Translations under genes and position numbers: made by a program | Assembly: GCF_964355755.1 (NCBI RefSeq) | Contig: NC_092670.1 | Span: forward strand, 37,870,388-37,934,387 | Direction of reading: 5' to 3' | DNA: 64,000 nucleotides | Source: Antedon mediterranea | Taxonomy: Eukaryota; Animalia; Echinodermata | Shown: piece after piece, positions 1 through 12,200 of the stretch | Layout: every line of letters starts with the position of its first letter | Position numbering within the stretch: position 1 is the first letter of the stretch | The notes under the pieces: model-generated | What the model was told of the DNA's origin: nothing | The model's database searches: none | What the model saw: the letters and a program-made list of their open reading frames with translations, nothing else

Positions 1-91
1 ATTTATAATGAAATCTAGAGAAAATTATGTCTTTATTATGTAACAAGGATGGTTTATGACATATTTCGCGGAGGGATCGGTTGTTTTTATG

Positions 92-1669
92 CAAGTGGCT
101 TGATGGGCAGTGATACCAGCTATTTTATTTGTGCTACCAAGATCCTATCTTTCATATATAAATTGACCTAATTAAAGACCACAGCAGTACATCTTTTAAA
201 AGGTGCACAGGGGGGACATGTGCAACAACCAACAAAGTGACATCATGAAGTGCATGTGAATGATTTAAATGGTTTTCAATTGTGAGTGTATGCTTACTTT
301 ATTGATAAGTATATTTATATATATAGTGTATCATAAAGGAAGTTCATTTCTTTAAGAAAGTTTGATAAACCAGTTTTTCACTTAAGCACTTTTTAACTAC
401 TATCTTTGGCAAAAGATAGATAAAACAAATGTTAGCCCAGTTACTTACTGGCTTTTAATTTTCTGTAAAGCTTTTAAGCTCTGTCTACACTATCAAACTA
501 GTTCGACAAAAAAAGTGTGATGTGCCCAAATGTGGTAGTGATATGCCTAATGGTAGTGATATGACATCATCATGTCCATATATATGCACACTTTTTTGTC
601 ACATAAAGTTTGATAGTGTAGACAGAGCTTTTGAGGAACTGTTAAATTGCATCCAGCATCCTGGTAAACAGACTCAAAATGTTTGTTATTTTTCAGCTAA
701 TCCATGTACACCAAACCCATGCCTGAATAATGGAGTATGTGTTGATAGTCTTGGCAGTGCAGAGTGTGATTGTACCAATACAGGCTATACTGGAATTACC
801 TGCAGTGATGGTAAGGTCAACTGAGGTCAAGTGTAAAGTGTTGTTCCCACTTGAACCCAACATAATGGTGTAGATGCATCAAGTGGCTTGATGGGCAGTG
901 ATACCAGCTATTTTATTTGTGCTACCAAGATCCTATCTTTCATTTATAAATTGGCCTAATTAAAGACCACAACAAAATAAATATATCTTTTAAAAGGCGC
1001 ACAGGGGGGACATGTGCAACAACCAACAAAGTGACATCATGAAGTGCATGTGAATGATTTAAATGGTTTTCAATTGTGAGTGTATGCTTAATTTATTGAT
1101 AAGTATATTTATATATATAGTGTATCATAAAGGAAGTTCATTTCTTTAAGAAAGTTTGATAAACCAGTTTTTCACTTAAGCACTTCTTAACTATCTTTGG
1201 CAAAAGATAGATAAAACAAATGTCAGCCCAGTTTACTTACTGGCTTTTAATTTTCTGTAAAGCTCTTAAGCGGCTCTGCCCACTATCAAACTAGTTCGAC
1301 AAAAAAAGTGTGATGTGCCCAAATGTAGTAGTGATATGCCTAATGGTAGTGATATGACATCATCATGTCCGTATATGCGCACTTTTTGTCACATAAAGTT
1401 TGATAGTGTAGACAGAGCTTTTGAGGAACTGTTAAATTGCATCCAGCATCCTGGTAAACAGACTCAAAATGTTTGTTATTTTTCAGCTAATCCATGTACA
1501 CCAAACCCATGCCTGAATAATGGAAAATGTGTTGATAGTCTTGGCAGTGCAGAGTGTGATTGTACCAATACAGGCTTTACTGGAATTACCTGCAGTGATG
1601 GTAAGGTCAACTGAGGTCAAGTGTAAAGTGTTGTTCCCACTTGGACCCAACACAATGGTGTAGATGCAT
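92..1669. repeat. Recent ~790-bp tandem duplication containing one EGF exon and one MITE
   Basis: 92-879 and 880-1669 are nearly identical, introns included; ATGCA is present at the breakpoints. Confidence 0.93.
477..629. mobile_element. PIF/Harbinger-type MITE family A (TIR AGCTCTGTCTACACTATCAAAC, internal 21-bp GCCCAAATATGGTAGTGATAT repeats); representative copy
   Basis: Terminal inverted repeats; TTA/TAA target duplications are clear at 3795-3923, 9644-9774, 41924-42051 and 51314-51470. Other full or partial copies (approximate): 1269-1419, 3941-4086, 8365-8524, 8886-9020, 9820-9870, 39440-39590, 42360-42537, 49120-49222, 49780-49936, 50128-50240, 50530-50665, 59515-59624, 63552-63705. 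Confidence 0.88.
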
Positions 1670-3247
1670 TCTATTGTACAATATTTTCTAATTTATAACA
1701 CTAGTAAAGCCAAATTATCATTTAATTTTGAAAGGATTACATTTTTGTTTTGTCTTACAACAAAAAGCTATATTTGAAGTATTATGGCGTTATGAACTCT
1801 AAGAACATACCCGAGTCACATGTTTTTAGCCAGCATGGTTAGTTTAATTGGAAGGTGCCCGAAAGTGGCCAGTAAAATTAGCCAAAACTAACCCAAATTA
1901 AGTCAAGTGCGATCAGTAACAGTTTTAAAAACATTTTAATAATTTTTTTTTCAGAGGATCCATGTTTTAAAAGTGATCCATGTGAAAATGGTGGTATATG
2001 CAATTACGATACGGAATCAGATACCTCTATGTGTAACTGTACTGGTACACTTCATAGAGGCACCCTCTGTGAATTGAGTAAGTACTGTATGTATATACTG
2101 TGGTATAATCCCACCCCATAGAATATGAAACTTTGTGGGTAGGACTTTACTCAGGGAAAGCGCTGGAAATTAAAGGTCTGAACTGGCTAGAGAGAGGCTT
2201 ACATCAAGATCAAAAGTCAATACTGGGACTATACCCAGGGATATGCCTGTTTGTTTCTGTCAACAACCACAGTGGCTGAATGAATCGGTACACCTGGGTA
2301 ACCTCCTAATCTTCCGAAAGATATACTGGACCTCCAGTTCTAAGTCCTTATCCTAGAAGACTTGTTCTACCATCAGAACTTGACTTGACTTGAACAATGG
2401 TTGAGGAGTTCCGTGAACCTGTGCTGATTGTATTGATGGCCACTCGACTTGTGTTTGAAATTCTAATTTCATTTGATTTACAACATGTCTGAAGACATTG
2501 TGTAATTATACAAGGACATTAGTGCCCCAATGGTTTATTATGATTTTATTCATACCTATTGTTTGGTTTGTTCAATAATTTTGTGTGTTATTGAAATGAT
2601 TGTTTTTTAATGACAATTTTAATAGAAATATGAATTACAGTAGTTACCTTTAATTTAAATACAATTTTGATATATTTACTGCATATTTCATTTAGAGGAC
2701 GTATGTGCACAAAATAATCCGTGCAAAAATGACGCTCCTTGTCAAAACTCGGATTCAGAAAGCGTAACATGTGATTGTAGCAATGGAGGTGCTAAACCAA
2801 CACACACCGGTGCATTTTGTGAAATATGTAAGTTTTTCTGAGATTAATACAGAAAATGTTTGTTTTACTTCAGTTGGACCTTCATTTAGAGGACACAACT
2901 GGGACCCAATAAAGTGAATTGAGACGTCCCCTAAGGCTGGCCATAGTTTTAGTTTGTTTTATTGAAAATTAGTAAGTTTTAAAATGACTAACTTCAATAA
3001 GCCTATTCCAACCCATTAGTGACCTTGAAGTCACTCAGGCAGGTTGAAAGTTTTCTAGCTACGAAAGGCACCACCTGCCATCAAGACGTCAGCACCGCAG
3101 AACTTTATATGATGATAAAGTAACATTATTTTGTTCATTCCTTAGTACTTCTGTCGTGTGTTCCCAATCCTTGCCTGAATGGGGGAATTTGTACAGACGG
3201 TGTGTGCCAGTGTCCAGATGGAATTGAAGGATTTTTGTGCCAAACTC
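697..3247 (+). CDS. Mucin N-terminal EGF-like array: 5 phase 1-1 exons, one EGF per exon
   Basis: NPCTPNPCLNNGVC..CDCTNTGYTGITC (two near-identical copies), DPCFKSDPCENGGIC..CNCTGTLHRGTLCE, DVCAQNNPCKNDAPC..CDC..HTGAFCE, SCVPNPCLNGGICTDGVCQCPDGIEGFLCQ. Each is a symmetric exon with six Cys. Confidence 0.88.
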
Positions 3248-6200
3248 GTAAGACTTTTAAATGTTTCATTTCTTCATTTATTGAAAAAAAATATGTAAGA
3301 ACAATTTCAGAATCACATTCAACATGTACTGGTTGGTCCATATATATATATACAGTATATAAATACATACTATACAATTAGAAAATGTTTATTATATATT
3401 GAATATTCTATACCGATTTTAGTGAGTCTCTCCTTCCAATAAACTACATCTTTCAACAGGGTTTTTCTCATTTTAATAGATATTTTTTTTTATCTTTTTG
3501 GGGATTTCACCCACTTTTATTTCTTGTATAAAAATGCATATTTTTTGTAAATAATATTTGTCTTATAAATATCAATTTGATACAATAAATGTATATTTAC
3601 TTCATATGTAACATTTTCATTAATTATGCATAATATATCTTATTTTTTAATTTCAGTTAATAGTGGATACAGACCTGAACCCAGTCTTCCGCCAAGTGGC
3701 AAGTAACATGCATTTAAATTGTTTATCTTTGCTACTCAAACCATTGGAAGGTTCATTTCAGGGTGGAAAAAAAGATAGTAATTTCTTTATGTTAAGCTCT
3801 GTCTACACTATCAAACTAGTTTAACAAAAAAAGTGTGATGTGCCCATAAATGGACATGATGGTGTCATATCACTACCAAACACACATACACATCACATAT
3901 AGTTTGTTAGTGTAGACAGAGCTTTACATTCATGTTTTAAAGATTTGTCTACACTATCAAACTTTATGTGACAAAAAAATGTGATGTGCCCATATATGGA
4001 CATGATGATGTCATACCACTACCAAATATAAGCATATCACTACCATATTTGGGCACATCACATTTTTTTTGTCAAATTAGTTTGAGTGGAAGTACTTCAC
4101 AAAGCAGTTAATTAGTATGGGTTATTTTTTAATGTATTTTTGTGTTTACATTTTGCATAATTTTAATCATTTTGTACAGTGATACCGAAAATAAATTCTT
4201 AATTAATTAATTAGTAATTAATAAGACGTCTATACAGTATGTATTATCAATTTGTTGATGTGTTGCATTTAAAAAAAAAATTATTTTTCAGGGGATTTTT
4301 GTACTGTATGGGACAAGCAGAATTACCGCACATTTGATGGCTTCGTTTATTCCGTTAACAGCGAATGTCGTCATGTTTTGGTTCAAAATGATGAGGTGGA
4401 CAACAACGAAGATGGAGATGTTTTTCAGATTTTGGTTGACTACACTGATTCCATGTCTATTATTGTTCAAGAAAATGATGATGGGACCTCGAAATCCATA
4501 CAGATGAGAAGTTATGGTGTTATCTACAACAATGAGCTTATTAGCAAAACACAAACTGTCGGTCCATTTTCAATCACATTTTCCTCTCATTACGTTACTG
4601 TGGTGGATGACCTGAATTTGTTTAAAGTTATCTGGAACCGAAACGACTTGGTTGAAATTTTTATCACCGGCTCACCGTTAACTGTTACTGGGATGTGTGG
4701 AAGCTATGATGGGTTACCATCAAATGATGCTGCCCATAATGGTGTTACACCAGCAACATTTGATCCATTTACCATGGCTAAAAATTGGAATGTAGAAAGT
4801 GCAGGTAATTTTCTCATTCTTCAAAATAAAATTATGATTTCTCAGTCTTAATTTGTTCTAGAATTTAATATTCTTCATATAGTAAACATATTGTGTAAGT
4901 GTGGTTATGGTGATGTAACATCATCGATATCATTATAGAAAATATTTTGGCTTTCTAATAGTAATGCCCAGTTCACATTTGCAAGCTTCACCTTGTAACA
5001 AGTATTAACAGACTTGTGAGATGTTTTACTTCTTTTGGTAAACTATTAAATATTGTAAATGTAATTGTGAATTGTGAATAAATGTGTGAAATGAAAAAAA
5101 CAAAAAACAAACATATAGTAAAACGAATCACAGTCCGTGCATAATGAAATAGCGGATAGTTATACTTTGCAAATGAAAATCAATGTTTTTTTTTTTTTAC
5201 AAATTTTTACAAAATAAGGGTATTAGTTTTAAAAACTTAATTACATTCCACAACTCAAAAGCATTATGGATTGTGTGAATTCAATTAAGATCACGTGATA
5301 CCAAGTGGGATATGTTACATCTTTTGTTTAATTTGTTTTGTTTTTGACAACAATTATGTGTAATTTAATATAACCTGCGCTGTTATTTAAGTTTTTTAAA
5401 GTTTTATTTCAGTTTTTTGTTTTTGGATCAGTTTTATGTCTTTAAAGAACGAAAAATCTATGAAAATGTCATTATAATTTGAAGATGTGCATAGTGATGG
5501 ATAATACGATAAATTTCATTCATTGTATTGAACTCATATTTCAGAATGTGGTATAATAGAAACTTGTGTAAAGTTTAAGGATCTTAGCCAAGATGAAATT
5601 AATATGTGCCTAAAACTGAAGGAAGTCTTTAGCGATTGCCTTGAGGTAAGGGTTAAGGCCCGTTAACACTAGGACGATAACGATCGACAATAAATATATA
5701 AGCATGCATATTTATTACATAAAACAAAAGAAATTATAAATTTCTAGAACTTTAGGACAATCATTTATGCTGTCTTTTATCGTCTATCATTATCGTCTTA
5801 GTGTAAATGGGCCTTTACAATTCCGCATTTCCAAATTGATTAACTTTTGTTCAGATTAAAAAATCTAAAAACAACTCTTATGAATAAGAATAGGACAGTA
5901 TTATGTTTTTTGATAATATGTTTATTTTAATCTACATCATGAACTAACCATTGTTAACCATTATTGGTATTACCTACCTTACCTATTATAATAGTTCATT
6001 CTAATATAGCGCTTATAAGCAAGCTCTCAATGCGCTGCACATTTTTACCCTGGTCATTTTTTGGATTAAACACTTACGAAAACACATAACTCCCATAATA
6101 AAGTTGTGTCTTGATCTAACCGGTACCCATTTATACACCTGGTTGTACATAAAGTGTCTTGCCTAAGGATACAAGCAATGCGGCGAAGTTGGATTTGAAC

Positions 6201-9200
6201 CACGATTTCATGATCAGTAATCCAACACATTGCGCCACACACCCTCACTGAAATATATTATATATTTTTATTTGACTATAAAAAAAAATTTAACTATTTG
6301 ACCAAAGCCAGTACTGTTTATTTGTCCTGGTGGTTATTGAAGTATATATTACAGTTTATATTTATAGAACTAAAAGTAACTTTTATTTTTTTAGGTGGTT
6401 CCATCGGACTACTATCTTGAAGCTTGTTACGAAAGCATCTGTAGTTGTAACACCAGTAATGTTGATGATTGCATTTGTTCCGATTTTGCTGCATATGCTT
6501 TGGAATGCTCTAGAGGTGGTACAAATGTAAATTGGCGAACAGCTGATTTCTGTCGTAAGTCCTGTAATCTACATATACCACTTTCACACCAAAACTCTGG
6601 AGTGATCTCCGGAGACACCCCGGGGTTTATGACCATTCAAAACGTTGAGAAACTCCGGAGATACCCCTTTCACACCAACCTACCAACACCAGGGTTTATA
6701 AAATAAAATTGTAAATGTCGCCCTCTATTTTGTTTGTTTACATAGCGACGATCATTAGAATCATTTTAATTAATAATATTTTTAATTTAATAATTACTTT
6801 CAAAAGTCTCAGAAGTAATATACAGTTTTATTGATACTACTTATTATTTACTAGACCCGCTATATTTTGTACACATATTTTAAGTATTTTGAAATAAAAC
6901 TAAAGTAATGAGTTATCGTGCGAGGATAACCTTTTGACCTAAAACACTCCGGAGTTTGATGTTTGTACCTTTCACACCAAAACACCAGGGTGTCCCCGCA
7001 GTTCGCTCTCCGGAGAATGTTCAGCTGTTCAACCCCGCAGTTTTAAACTCCGGAGTTGCTTGATTTTACCTCAGTTCACACCAAACAGCGGGGCGTCAAC
7101 TCCGGAGACACCGGAGTTTTGCTTTTGGTGTGAAAGGGGTAATAGACATTTGTGTATAACTACTGGCAAATGATTTTATAATGACAATTTTCAGAGATAA
7201 TTTGTCTTAATTAATTTTTTGTTTCTCATTCCATCATTATTGTATTCTTGAATCGTGATTTGTGAATTTCCTGTGAAGGATGGGATAAAGTTTACCTGTA
7301 TCGGTAAACTCCCTGATACGTGGAACTTTTCAAGAATCAGATTTGTATTGAATTTCGAAAGCTTGCAAAAGTTTAAAATTTTACAAAAGGAACAAACAGT
7401 TTTTTTATGTTCTATATAAATTATATATAGTTATTATATATATGATTGATTAATTGTCTTTCTATAGTTATTGCCATATCCTCGAACTATAGACCGCCTA
7501 AACTGCGCATTTCTGTTTTCTCTATCTTCTTCTTCAATACAATCCACATGCGCGACGAGACGATTGTGTAGCTAGCCCTAGCAGCCTAGCCTATGATGAT
7601 TAACTTGTGTATGAGCTGACTTAGAGGATTTAGTAAGTTTAGCAACCAGTTAAAATATAAAGAAACAAATAAAGTATGATTTGGAAATATTTATTGCATA
7701 TCTGGAAGCGACAAATTATCAAATGCAGGCCTTTTTTGTTTGCTTCTTCACAGCGAAACTGTGCCACTAAGTAGGCCTACTCCAACTAAGTTTATGTCTG
7801 CATTCAACCTAGCCTAGCCAGTCAAATGGTTTGGTACGGTATATAAAACAAATATTTACTGGGCTTTCATCGAGCACAGTTACAAATATAGCCTAAGGTG
7901 ACCTGGAGACTATACTGTCTATCTATTTTATTCTAAATATATGACTACATCATTATATTGCTTTCAATATTGCTTTTACAGCCTTTGATTGTGATATCCA
8001 GGTTGAGGAATATTCACCATGTGAGAGTACCTGTGGCGGTACATGTCAGCACGAAGATGGTGATTGTGAACCTGATTTTTGTTTAGAGGGATGTAAATGC
8101 AAAATCGGGCATTTGCATCATAATGGTGTTTGTGTACCAAGCACTGATTGCCCATGTTTTTATGGCAATGATGTAATTCAACCTAATGAGGTTGTTGATA
8201 CTGAATGCAGAGAGTGGTAAGTGTACTGGAATATAGTACAGAGATTTTTTCGAAATATGGCCAATATACAAGGAATATTCTATTACCATGCCATATGGTT
8301 TTCTGTCAGAATGGGTCATGCAGGCAGTATCAGCTAGACCTGCTCAAGACGATCTAGAAATATTACTCTGCCTACATTATCAAACTACTTTGACAAAAAA
8401 AGTGTGATGTGCCCAAATATGGTAGTGATATTCCAAAATATGGTAGTGATATGACATTATCATTCCCATATATGGTCAGATCACATTTTGTTGTCACATA
8501 AAGTTTGATAGTATGGACAGAGCTTAAGAATATTCTCTGCAATGCAAGAGGGCCATTTTGGAAGAACGTAGTCCATTACATTCCCCAGTCAATGTCTTCA
8601 TTTCAAGTTTTTAAACTAAAATTCAATAACATTGACAATGGCAGTTATTTAATTGTCAATATTTCTTACGTTTATGCAATTTATTGTACATATTTACATA
8701 ATTGATAATATCCTTCAATTTCAGCACTTGTAGAAGTGGATCATTCGACTGCATAGACCAGCTCTGCGGAGGTATGTTGAGGGCGATATTTAATAATTTT
8801 AATTTCTGACGACCTAGTTACAAGTTATTTCATGTCAAATGTTGTTGGTTGCTGTTTGGACCTAGTAACCATCAAAACTTCTTTAAGCTCTGTCTACACC
8901 ATCAAACTTTGTGTGACAAAAAAATTGTGATGTGCCCATATATGGAAATGATGATATCATATCACTTAAATTTAAACATATCATATTTGGGTAAATCACA
9001 CTCTCTGTGTAGACAGACAATTTAAGTATTTTTTGCTTTAAATTTTTTTAGGTAAGTCATTTTTTTTTAGATCCAGTTTTTGGTCAAAGTGAATAACTAT
9101 TATGTGACATTAAAATGGCATATTTAACAACAACAAAATTTAAGGGGGACAGTATATCTTTAAATAATGTGATTGAGTGACCAAAAATAATTATCCATTT

Positions 9201-12200
9201 TAAATATTGTATCCATACATTTGGTTGATTTCTCTTTTCTTATTATAGCTACTTGCTGGGCATCAGGTATTTTGTCGTACAAAACTTTTGACAACAAACA
9301 CTATGAATTCATGGGCGACTGCGAATACTATCTCCTCAAAGACTGCAACGACGACCCAAGAGATTACCAAATACGGTTACAAAATACACATTGCCATCCA
9401 GAAGTCGACGGATTTCTAGCCCCGTGCACAAAGAAACTTACTATCATCAAGGGCGGTAACCAAGTTATGTTGTCTGAAGGTCCCAGGGCTTATGTGAACA
9501 ACTTTCAAATAGCAACTTTTCCCCATATATTACCAGGATTGTTTGTTGAAAAAATTGACAATTTAATCAAGGTACTGTATCTTTATTCTTTTACTTTGAA
9601 TTTAATAATGCATTTGGCTGTCGCAATGAATGACTGAAACTTAAGCTCTGTCTACACTGTCAAACTTGTGACAAAAAAATGTCATGTGCCCATATATGGG
9701 CATGGGTGATGTCATATCACTTTTTCACATCACACTTTTTTTTGTCAAACTAGTTTGATAGTGTGGACAGAGCTTTAGAAGAAAGGCATAAATTTCCAAA
9801 ACATTGTGATACATGTTCTAAAGCTCTGTCTATACTATCAAACTTGTTTGGAAAAAAAAAATGTTGATGTGGCTAATTATGCGTGAGACATTAAATTAAA
9901 ATTGTGTACATAATTGTTATGGATACGTGAGAAAGGGCCACGTACTGTATGTGTAAGGCATAAAAAAATTAGCTGTCAAGCGCGAGACATGGTCAATTTG
10001 CGTGAGAGTTGGCAGGTATAGCATTAGGGTACTGACAATATCATTATACTGTAGGTGTCGTTGAGTGATGGTATTTCACTATTGTACGATGGCAATACAC
10101 AAATAGAGGTTCACGTTGAGAGCGATTTGTTTGGAAAAACGTGCGGATTATGTGGAACATACAACAACACTAAGGCTGACGATTTTTTGACACCAGCAGG
10201 TAAATTTTATAAGAAAACATTGTACAAATCTCTACTTTCTACATAGCCAACAGTGTTTCAATTAATGCAAAATTCCTATTCCCTTCCAGACATTCCTACT
10301 GTCATAGTATAAGTATAGACGAGATGATTAAGGCATGTCTTAAAGATTTATCTAAAAGATCTAAAAACCTGAAAAATAAAGATTACTAAAATCAGACTTC
10401 AAATAGATTGTTTTGTAGTTTTAATAAGGTTAATCACTTCCGTAGAAAATTAAATGATTTTCACTTATAAAATGACAAAATAATTGGTTAAATTCAACTA
10501 AAAACCCATTGGCTGGCAGCCAATTTGACTATTTTTTGCTTTAAATTACAGTTTTTTAGGTAAATACAATAAATTTTGATCCAAAGTGGGTAACTATTAT
10601 GTTACATTAAAATGGCATATTAAAAAAAAAAAATTGTAAGAATTATTTTTTCAGGGAGACAATACATCTTTAATGTGAAAACTCTCTTAAACCATACTTT
10701 TAAAATGGTAAAACATTTTTTGTGTGTTCTTTTTTTCTTTATGAAAGAAAGCAAGATTTAATAATTGTTTTTATTAGGGAATGTTGAGGAAGATATTAGT
10801 GAGTTTGTTAGTAAGACCAAAGTTGTTGCTGGTTGTTCAAATAGCCATTCACTTTCAACTCTACCTTGCAACTATCAACAGAGTCACCAACAAACTGCCG
10901 AAGACAGGTGTGAACCTCTGAAGGGTGCAGGAGTCCTTTCAGGTAAAGCTAATGCCCATATTTGGTAATGATATCATGCTATAGTGCCCATATTTGGTAA
11001 TGATATCATGCTACAATGCCCATATTTGGTAATGATGTACCATAATGCTCATTTTTGGTAATAATAGGCCATTATGACCATATTTGGTAATCATGCCATA
11101 ATGCCCATATTTGCTAATGATATCATGCCATAATGCCCATATTTGGTAATGATATCATGCCATATTGCCCATATTTGGTAATGATATCATGCCATATTGC
11201 CCATATTTGGTAATGATATCATGCCATAATGCCCATATTTAGTAATGATATCATGCAATAATGCCCATATTTGGTAATGATATCATGCCATAATGCCTAT
11301 ATTTGGTAATGATATGCCATAATGCCCATATTTGGTAATGATATCATGCCATAATGCCCATATTTGGTAATGATATCATGCTATAATGCCATTATTTGGT
11401 AATGATATCATGCCATAATGCCCATATTTGGTAATGATATCATGCTATAATGCCCATTATTTGGTAATGATATGCCATAATGCCCATATTTGGTAATGAT
11501 ATCATGCTATAATGCCATTATTTGGTAATGATATGCTATAATGCCATTATTTGATAATGATATGCCATTTAAATGCCAATGTTTGATGATGCCATAATGC
11601 CCATATTTGGTAATGATATGCCATAATGCCCATATTTGGTAATGATATGCCATAATGCCCATATTTGGTAATGATATCATGCCATAATGCCCATATTTGG
11701 TAATGATATCATGCCATAATGCCCATATTTGGTAATGATATCATGCTATAATGCCATTATTTGGTAATGATATGCCATAATGCCCATATTTGGTAATGAT
11801 ATCATGCTATAATGCCATTATTTGGTAATGATATGCCATACAGTAATGCCAATGTTTGGTGATAATATGCCATAATGCCCATATTTGGTAATGATATGCC
11901 ATAATGCCCATATTTGGTAATGATATGCCATAATGCCCATATTTGGTAATGATATGCCATAATGCCAATATTTGGTAATGATATGCCATAATGCCCATAT
12001 TGGTAATGGTACCATGCCATAATGCCCATATTTAGTAGTGATATGCCATAATGGGTACCATGCCATAATGCCCATATTTAGTAGTGATATGCCATAATGC
12101 CCATATTTGGTCATGATATGCCCATATTTGGTAATGGTACCATGCCATAATGCCCATATTTAGTAGTGATATGCCATAATGCCCATATTTGGTCATGATA

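Noticed and set aside
522-696. ORF N-termini such as MPKCGSDMPNGSDMTSSCPY, and related peptides at 41.9, 49.8, 51.3 and 63.6 kb
   Set aside because: Translations of MITE family A lying outside the real exons.
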